NCBI GenBank assembly: GCA_036170475.1
Contig: JAVHPE010000177.1
Location: 119,527-183,526 of the forward strand
Direction: 5' to 3'
Origin: Bacteroidia bacterium
GTDB taxonomy: Bacteria > Bacteroidota > Bacteroidia > 2-12-FULL-35-15
DNA length: 64,000 bases
Below are positions 57,326 through 64,000 of this stretch, one piece after another. The translations under genes and the position numbers were made by a program. The notes under the pieces are model-generated. The model worked only from the letters and a program-made list of their open reading frames with translations. It had not been told where the DNA came from and did no database searches. Position 1 is the stretch's first letter. Each line of letters begins with the position of its first letter.

Positions 57326-59500
57326 ATGAAGATTAAACAACTACTTGTTGTGTTGCTTTTGACGTTTGTATCGTTAGAAAGTTTTGCAACTCACATTGTG
57401 GGAGGAGAAATTTTTTATGATTTTTTAGGTGGGAATAATTATCAGATTACATTAAAACTTTACAGGGATTGTTATACCGGATTAGCTCCTTATAATGATC
57501 CGGCAACCGTTTTTATATTTGATAACTCCGGAAATTTTGTGGAAAGTGTAGAAATTCCTTTCCCGGGATCGGTAACCCTGCCAATTACTATTAACAATCC
57601 CTGTTTTACGCCCCCTATAGATATTTGTGTGGAGGAAGCAATCTATATAAAAATTGTTAATTTACCTCCTATTTCCGGCGGATACAATATTATGTACCAA
57701 CGTTGCTGTAGGAATAATTCGATTCTGAACCTGGTAAATCCTGGTGATGTAGGTTCCACATATATGGCGCATATCCCAGATGCCTCAATAGGCGCAACTA
57801 ACAGCAGTCCCCACTATATTAATTTTCCCCCTATTTTTTTATGTTCGGGTGTTCCTCTTAACTTTAATCATGCAGCAATTGATACCGATGGTGATTCATT
57901 GTATTATGAACTATGCGATCCGTTCACAGGTTTAGATGCAACCTGTCCGATTTTGGGTGTGCAGGCAGGTGGTGGCAGCTGTCCGGTGTTAGGTTCCCCG
58001 CCACCTTACCCATTTGTTCCCTGGCTTTCTCCATATAATGCAACTTATCCGCTTAGCTCTTCACCCGCACTGGCAATTGATCCTCAAAGCGGATTGATGA
58101 CCGGAACACCCAATATGCTTGGACAGTGGGTTGTTGGTGTTTGTGTCAGCGAATATCGAAATGGTGTTTTGCTTGATGTTAATAAAAGGGATTTTCAATT
58201 CAATGTGGTGGACTGCCCCAATTTGCCTGTGGCATCGATACCACAGCAAACTCAGTTTTGTTCCGGATATACAATAAATTTTACACAAAACAGTGTGAAT
58301 GCAACCAGCTATCAATGGGATTTTGGTGATCCAAGCACAAATCTTGATGTGTCAAACCAGCTAGCACCTTCCTGGACCTACGCTGATTCCGGAACCTATT
58401 CAGTAACATTAATTATTAACCCAGGAAGTTTATGTGCCGATACTCAGGCTACTATTTTTCATATTTACCCTTTACTGGTGCCAACATTTACGGCACCTCC
58501 GGGAGAATGTTTTGATAATAACAGTTTTGATTTTTCTGTCGGTGGCGCTTATGTGGGTAATGGAATGTTTAGCTGGAATTTTGGTGCCGCAGCATCTCCA
58601 TCAGTTTCCAATCAGCCGAATCCGACAGCTATTGTTTATAATTCAGCAGGTGTTTTTCCGGTACAATTTACTATCACAGAAAATGGCTGCACAAAAACGC
58701 TTACCGACACTGTTGATGTGTATCCTAAGCCAGTTGCCCTTTTTGACTTATCTACTGTGACCGGCTGTGTTTTAAATCCCGTTCAATGCACAGATAACTC
58801 GCTTTCTTCTGCACCTTTAACTTATTATTGGAATTTTGGAAATGGGGCATCTTCAACTGCACAAAATCCGGTAGCTATCTATTCATCAGCCGGAGCGTAT
58901 ACAATTAGTTTAGTGATTGTCAATGAATATGGATGTAAGGACACGGTTGTGTCGCCGAATCCATTAGCAGTTTTAGCTTCTCCCATTGCAGGTTTTAGTC
59001 TTAGTCCAACCGTTGTATCTATTGCAAATCCTGACATTGCCATGATCGATCAAAGCTCACTTGCTACCGGGTGCGAAGTGTTTTGGGGAGACGGAAGCAG
59101 CAATAGTAACTGCGATTCAACGCATCATTACACGGTAGTTGGAACATACACTGTTATGCAGGTGGTTGTAAATTCTTTAGGGTGTTATGATACAGCGTAT
59201 TCTGACATTACTGTTCAGGCGGTATATTTCTTTTGGATTCCAAATGCCTTTACTCCAAACAAAAATGACTTGAATGATGTATTTAAGCCTAAAGTAATGG
59301 GGGTACATGATTATTCGTTTTTAATTTTTGATCGTTGGGGAAATAAACTATTTGAAACATCCGATAAGGAAATGGGTTGGAATGGCTATTATAAAAATGT
59401 GCAATGTAAAAGTGATGTATACGTCTATAAAATTAATTTTAGAGATGATGTACAGAATGAATTTCATGAATATATTGGCAGAGTGACGTTGCTGAGGTAA
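57326..59500 (+). CDS. T9SS type-B substrate with PKD domains
   Basis: ATHIVGGEI.Y, LYRDC, RCCRN, DGDSL.Y, RDFQFNV, several WDFGD/WNFG PKD motifs, IPNAFTPN..IFDRWG..GRVTLLR. Confidence 0.9.
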   Translation: MKIKQLLVVLLLTFVSLESFATHIVGGEIFYDFLGGNNYQITLKLYRDCYTGLAPYNDPATVFIFDNSGNFVESVEIPFPGSVTLPITINNPCFTPPIDICVEEAIYIKIVNLPPISGGYNIMYQRCCRNNSILNLVNPGDVGSTYMAHIPDASIGATNSSPHYINFPPIFLCSGVPLNFNHAAIDTDGDSLYYELCDPFTGLDATCPILGVQAGGGSCPVLGSPPPYPFVPWLSPYNATYPLSSSPALAIDPQSGLMTGTPNMLGQWVVGVCVSEYRNGVLLDVNKRDFQFNVVDCPNLPVASIPQQTQFCSGYTINFTQNSVNATSYQWDFGDPSTNLDVSNQLAPSWTYADSGTYSVTLIINPGSLCADTQATIFHIYPLLVPTFTAPPGECFDNNSFDFSVGGAYVGNGMFSWNFGAAASPSVSNQPNPTAIVYNSAGVFPVQFTITENGCTKTLTDTVDVYPKPVALFDLSTVTGCVLNPVQCTDNSLSSAPLTYYWNFGNGASSTAQNPVAIYSSAGAYTISLVIVNEYGCKDTVVSPNPLAVLASPIAGFSLSPTVVSIANPDIAMIDQSSLATGCEVFWGDGSSNSNCDSTHHYTVVGTYTVMQVVVNSLGCYDTAYSDITVQAVYFFWIPNAFTPNKNDLNDVFKPKVMGVHDYSFLIFDRWGNKLFETSDKEMGWNGYYKNVQCKSDVYVYKINFRDDVQNEFHEYIGRVTLLR

Positions 59501-59525
59501 ACCATTACTAGTAATCATATAACCT

Positions 59526-60317
59526 ATGAAAGATTTTGTAAGAGCAAAAAAACATTTAGGACAACATTTTTTGAAGGATGAAACAATTGCTCTTGACATA
59601 GTAAAAAGTCTGAAGCATACTACTCAGTATAAAAAAGTATTGGAGGTGGGTCCAGGAATGGGCGTATTAACAAAATATTTAATTGCGGAACCCTCTTTCG
59701 AAACACATATTATAGAAATTGACAGAGAGTCGATTGCCTATTTAAGACAAAATTTCCCGGCACTCGAAAACAAAATTATTGAAGGTGATTTTTTAAAACT
59801 CGATTTTGATACTTTGTTTCACAATGAACCCTTTGCAGTAATTGGGAATTTTCCTTATAACATTTCCACCGAAATATTATTTAAAGTATTGGATCATAAA
59901 AATCAGGTTCCGGAAGTAGTAGGTATGTTTCAAAAAGAAGTTGCCGGGCGTATCGCTTCCAAGCCTGGAAACAAAACGTATGGGATTACAAGTGTGTTAT
60001 TGCAGGCTTTTTATGATATCGACTATTTATTTACAGTTAATGAAAATGTATTTAATCCACCACCAAGAGTAAAATCTGCTGTAATACGTTTAACACGAAA
60101 TGCGGTGCAACACTTAGAATGTAACGAAAAATTATTTAAACAGGTAGTGAAAGCGGGATTTAATCAACGCAGAAAAACGTTACGCAATTCTATTAAAGCA
60201 TTTACACTAAAGCCGGAATTTTTAAATCATAAATATCTTACCCAACGTGCAGAGGAGTTGTCTGTGGCTGATTTTGTGGCCTTGACTAACATGGTAGCGG
60301 GGTCAGAACTTTTTTAA
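59526..60317 (+). CDS. rsmA: 16S rRNA m6,2A dimethyltransferase
   Basis: KKHLGQHFL, LEVGPGMG, EID, GNFPYNIS, MFQKEV, PPPRVKS, QRRKTLRN. Confidence 0.97.
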   Translation: MKDFVRAKKHLGQHFLKDETIALDIVKSLKHTTQYKKVLEVGPGMGVLTKYLIAEPSFETHIIEIDRESIAYLRQNFPALENKIIEGDFLKLDFDTLFHNEPFAVIGNFPYNISTEILFKVLDHKNQVPEVVGMFQKEVAGRIASKPGNKTYGITSVLLQAFYDIDYLFTVNENVFNPPPRVKSAVIRLTRNAVQHLECNEKLFKQVVKAGFNQRRKTLRNSIKAFTLKPEFLNHKYLTQRAEELSVADFVALTNMVAGSELF

Positions 60318-60341
60318 TAAGTGGCAAAGGTAATGTGTGGT

Positions 60342-61169
60342 TTATTGAATAATCTTATTTCGTATTTCAGCTACTTTATTTGAAAATTGTTTAAGCTGTT
60401 CAGGGTTGAATGTATTGGGAGAGCTGTCGTACATGTTTTTTACCTCGTATAAACTTGTCAAAACCTCTTGCGCGCCATCTGTCTCTTTTTTATACGTTTC
60501 CAATAAAGAAATTAAATTTTCTAAGGTTACTTTTTCTGCGACAATTTTGTTAATGATGGCTTCGTTGTTTGTTGTATTTGCAATCTGCAAAGAAATATAC
60601 ATACCTTCAATCCAGCCACCAGCTACCATCAAAGTAGAAACCCCGGCCTGACCGTTTTCTTGTAAATAATTGTCCGCACTCCTGTAGGAATCCGTAATAA
60701 TGGAAAGCAAAGAATCTTTGTTGTCTGAGTTAGCGTCAATACGAGAGCTCATGTTTTCATCAAATGCCCCACTAATTCCCAAACTGCTCGCCATTTTATT
60801 GGTACATCGCAAATACAACATTGATTCCTGGGTTTGATCAAAAATGTTGGTAACGCCCAAGTCAAGCCCATAAACGCCCAAATTAAGTGCCTTTGCTTTA
60901 ACTGTTAAATATTTGGTGGTGTTTTCAATTGGATTCAAATACTTTGAACTGTATTTTGCCCCTGCAGCAGTAAGCATATTGTTGGTTTCGCTTTGCGACT
61001 GAATGGAGGAAAATATTTTTTGTACTTTATTGTTTTTTTCTCTTTGAATTACCGCGTTTGAATCCACAGCATTGAGTGTATCATCCACATCCGTTGGGGT
61101 ACCGCAAGAAACCAGCATTACAGAAGTTGCAATGCACAAAAAATAATTAATTAATGTAGTAAAATTCAT
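60342..61169 (-). CDS. Hypothetical helical lipoprotein
   Basis: Lipobox LVSC; ALNLGVYG.DL and GGWIEG.Y motifs. -7 box at 61192-61199. Confidence 0.75.
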   Translation of the reverse strand: MNFTTLINYFLCIATSVMLVSCGTPTDVDDTLNAVDSNAVIQREKNNKVQKIFSSIQSQSETNNMLTAAGAKYSSKYLNPIENTTKYLTVKAKALNLGVYGLDLGVTNIFDQTQESMLYLRCTNKMASSLGISGAFDENMSSRIDANSDNKDSLLSIITDSYRSADNYLQENGQAGVSTLMVAGGWIEGMYISLQIANTTNNEAIINKIVAEKVTLENLISLLETYKKETDGAQEVLTSLYEVKNMYDSSPNTFNPEQLKQFSNKVAEIRNKIIQ

Positions 61170-61315
61170 GTAGTTTATTTAAAAAACGCATCAAAGATAC
61201 TAAATAGATTTGAGTACTGAGACCTGAGACTTGAGATATGAAAAAAATATCTCGGATTTTTCAAAACTAAGAATATTCTCCTTTCCAATATCTCACATCT
61301 CAAACTAATAAATAG

Positions 61316-63247
61316 TTATCCAACCATGGTATTTTTCTTCAGTCCGATCATTTCAATAGCAACTTTAATAATAGCGTCTGAATCAAACCCACATTCTCTA
61401 TGAAGTTCTGCCTGCTCACCATGTTCAATAAATTTATCCGGGATACCCAAACGTATTACCTGCGCGTTGTAATTATTATCAGCCATAAATTCAATTACGG
61501 CACTGCCCATCCCACCCATAATGCAGCCATCTTCAACCGTAATTATTTTGCCGTGTTTTTTAAATACTTCATGCAATAAATCTTCATCAATTGGTTTTAC
61601 AAAGCGCATATCATAATGAGCGGCATTAATATTTTTTTCTTCTAACTTTTTACAGGCGGCTATCGCGTAATTTCCTATATGTCCAATAGTTAATATGGCA
61701 ATATCGTCTCCGTTTTGTATTCTTCTGCCCTTTCCTATCGTTATTTTTTGAAACGCTTTTTTCCAATCTGTCATTGCGCCATTCCCTCGCGGATAGCGTA
61801 TTGAAAATGGAGCATTTGTTTCAGGTAACTGAGCTGTATACATTAAGTTGCGTAACTCTTCCTCATTCATCGGAGCGGAAACAATCATGTTTGGAATGCA
61901 ACGGAAATACGCTAAATCATACGCTCCATGATGTGTTGGTCCGTCAGCTCCAGCAAAACCACCTCTGTCCAGACAAAAAACCACATGCAAATTTTGCAAC
62001 GCCACATCGTGTATTACCTGATCGTAGGCACGCTGCATGAAAGTAGAATAAACATTACAGAAAGGGATTAATCCCTGACTAGCCAGTCCTGCCGAAAAAG
62101 TTACCGCATGTTGTTCCGCGATACCCACATCAAATGCCCTGTCAGGCATAGCTTTCATCATTATATTTAAAGAACATCCACTTGGCATGGCGGGTGTTAC
62201 ACCCATTATTTTGGTGTTTTTCTCAGCAAGTTCTACTATCGTATAACCAAATACATCCTGATATTTTGGTGGTTGTGGCTCTTTGGGTGCGATTTTTATT
62301 ATCTCTCCGGTATCTTTATTAAACAAGCCGGGAGCATGCCATACCGTTTGATTTCCTTCTTCCGAAAATTTATAGCCTTTGCCTTTTTGAGTTAAACAAT
62401 GTAATATTTTTGGTCCCGGGATATTTTTCAAATCCTGCAATACTTTTGTTAAACGAACCACATCATGGCCATCAACAGGTCCGAAATATCTAAACTTCAA
62501 AGATTCAAACAAATTACTTTGCTTAAGTAAGGACGTTTTTATGCCGTTTTCAATTTTAGAAACAATATCCTGGGCAGAAGGTCCAAACTTGCTCATCTTA
62601 CCCAATAGGTTCCAGAGTTCATCTTTGAATTTATTGTAGGTATGAGAGGTGGTAATATCGGTTAAATATTCTTTCAATGCACCTACATTAGGGTCGATGC
62701 TCATACAATTATCATTCAACACTACCAATAGGTTAGAGTTGGTAATACCGGCATGATTAAGCGCTTCAAATGCCATACCCGCAGTCATGGCTCCATCGCC
62801 AATAACAGCAATGTGCTGGCGTTCTTTTTCCCCTTTATAGACTGAGGCAACTGCCATGCCTAACGCTGCGCCAATGGATGTAGATGAGTGCCCTACACCA
62901 AATGCGTCATATTCGCTTTCCGAACGTTTCGGAAAACCGCTGATTCCTTTATAAATACGGTTAGTTTGAAAGTTTTCTCGTCGCCCCGTTAAAATTTTAT
63001 GTCCATAAGCCTGATGTCCTACATCCCAAATCAATTGATCGTAAGGAGTATTGAATACGTAATGCAAAGCCACCGTAAGCTCTACCACACCAAGGCTCGC
63101 ACCAAAGTGGCCGCCTTTTTGCGAAACCACATCAATAATAAATTGACGAAGTTCATTGCTTATTTGCGGAAGGTCTTCTTCTTTAAATTTTCTTAAATCA
63201 CTCGGATAATCAATCTTTTCGAGCAGCTTACCAGCTTTAAATTCCAT
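61316..63247 (-). CDS. dxs: 1-deoxy-D-xylulose-5-phosphate synthase
   Basis: GGHFGASLG, WDVGHQAYGHK, GDGAMTAG, DVGIAEQH, DGPTHHG, IRYPRG. -7 box at 63274-63281. Confidence 0.98.
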   Translation of the reverse strand: MEFKAGKLLEKIDYPSDLRKFKEEDLPQISNELRQFIIDVVSQKGGHFGASLGVVELTVALHYVFNTPYDQLIWDVGHQAYGHKILTGRRENFQTNRIYKGISGFPKRSESEYDAFGVGHSSTSIGAALGMAVASVYKGEKERQHIAVIGDGAMTAGMAFEALNHAGITNSNLLVVLNDNCMSIDPNVGALKEYLTDITTSHTYNKFKDELWNLLGKMSKFGPSAQDIVSKIENGIKTSLLKQSNLFESLKFRYFGPVDGHDVVRLTKVLQDLKNIPGPKILHCLTQKGKGYKFSEEGNQTVWHAPGLFNKDTGEIIKIAPKEPQPPKYQDVFGYTIVELAEKNTKIMGVTPAMPSGCSLNIMMKAMPDRAFDVGIAEQHAVTFSAGLASQGLIPFCNVYSTFMQRAYDQVIHDVALQNLHVVFCLDRGGFAGADGPTHHGAYDLAYFRCIPNMIVSAPMNEEELRNLMYTAQLPETNAPFSIRYPRGNGAMTDWKKAFQKITIGKGRRIQNGDDIAILTIGHIGNYAIAACKKLEEKNINAAHYDMRFVKPIDEDLLHEVFKKHGKIITVEDGCIMGGMGSAVIEFMADNNYNAQVIRLGIPDKFIEHGEQAELHRECGFDSDAIIKVAIEMIGLKKNTMVG

Positions 63248-63300
63248 TAATTTGTATTAATATTAATTCAGAACAAAGATAATTTAATAATTTGAAATGT

Positions 63301-63430
63301 GAGTCTCCTCCAAAAAGAGTTTTCTACACAAATTGCACGAATTGTTTTTTAAAACATAATTGGGAATCAGCGTATTAAAATAGTGAAATTAGTGCCGAAT
63401 AGCGTTTAAAGAGTTCTTCGGAGTGGACTC
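63301..63430. mobile_element. MITE-like element family D (130 bp, degenerate)
   Basis: Imperfect TIR gagtctcctccaaaaa / ttcttcggagtggactc. Cargo cacaaattgcacgaatt...tagtgaaattagtg. Confidence 0.55.
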
Positions 63431-63439
63431 AAATTAGTT

Positions 63440-64000
63440 TTATTTCAGCAAAAGGAAAATAATTATCCCAATTAATAAAATGGCAATCACTACAGATTTT
63501 ATAAAAAATTTCTGGGCTGCAGCTGATTTTTGTTTATTAAGATTTTCCAGCCTGATGCACTCTTGTTTTTCGCTTTCTGAACTTATCCTTTGCCCGTCAT
63601 TATAATGGTTTACCATTTGCCCTTCTTCCTGCCACAAGCCGTGTCGGAGACCATTCAGATAAGACCCTTTTTCAGTAATGTTTCCATGTATATCATAATA
63701 CACCCATTCTCCTTCCAATTTATCATTTTTATATTGACCCTTCCAGTTTAATTGACCTTTACTATAATACGATTCACAGTTCCCTTCTAATATTCCATCA
63801 CAATAGGTGTTTATTAAATGTAAATTCCCTTGAACATATTCCCTCCATTCCCCATCAAATTTCCCCATTTTATAATTCCCCTTTGACTTTAGTTGTCCTG
63901 TATACCAATATAATTCCCAATATCCATTTCTTTCTCCATTGGCATAACTTCCTTTTGATTCAATTTTTCCATCTTTAAAATAGGTAATGCTTTCTCCATC
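63440..64000 (-). CDS. MORN-variant repeat protein with a C-terminal TM anchor; 5' end lies beyond the window
   Basis: Frame open from base 64000 (DGESITYFKDGKIESKGSYANGERNGYWELYWYTGQLKSKGNYKMGKFDGEW...). Repeated G.Y.NG..EGEW..Y units and a hydrophobic C-terminus. Confidence 0.85.
   Translation of the reverse strand, partial: DGESITYFKDGKIESKGSYANGERNGYWELYWYTGQLKSKGNYKMGKFDGEWREYVQGNLHLINTYCDGILEGNCESYYSKGQLNWKGQYKNDKLEGEWVYYDIHGNITEKGSYLNGLRHGLWQEEGQMVNHYNDGQRISSESEKQECIRLENLNKQKSAAAQKFFIKSVVIAILLIGIIIFLLLK

Noticed and set aside
91-63196. Numerous 60-140 aa ORFs antisense to or overlapping long genes (e.g. 91-285, 8334-8762, 38385-38765, 50960-51265)
   Set aside because: They are shadow frames of well-supported CDSs, with no motifs or independent expression signals.
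63440-64000. YwqK-type antitoxin / toxin-antitoxin system
   Set aside because: MORN-variant repeats often attract this label, but no toxin gene is visible and the gene is truncated by the window edge.

Overview
AT-rich chromosomal window from a Bacteroidota organism. The assignment rests on TAnnTTTG -7 promoters, T9SS C-terminal domains, a PorP/SprF gene and A-Q signal-peptide ends. Housekeeping genes are mce, radA, rfaE2, panD, mutS, folK, a deoxynucleoside kinase, rsmA and dxs. Interleaved with them are four notable features. (i) A His/CxxC/RAPP leader ORF precedes a porin + ZnuA-like + ZnuB-like metal-uptake operon that has no ATPase in the window. (ii) A co-oriented run encodes a TMTC-like GT-C/TPR glycosyltransferase, a four-gene type II FAS/acyltransferase module, gmd-fcl, a small PKD-like protein, and a 4106-aa SprB-like T9SS adhesin with about 100 D-S/T-X O-glycosylation sequons (manual count) plus its PorP/SprF partner. 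(iii) Three more type-B T9SS substrates lie in tandem. (iv) Short non-autonomous repeats are dense: four families of TIR-bounded MITE-like shells carrying different palindromic cargo, GC-rich REP-like hairpins, and 7/8-mer periodic arrays, several of them in-frame inside conserved proteins. No rRNA, tRNA, CRISPR array, transposase or prophage was recognised. All family assignments come from motif recognition by eye; no database searches were run.
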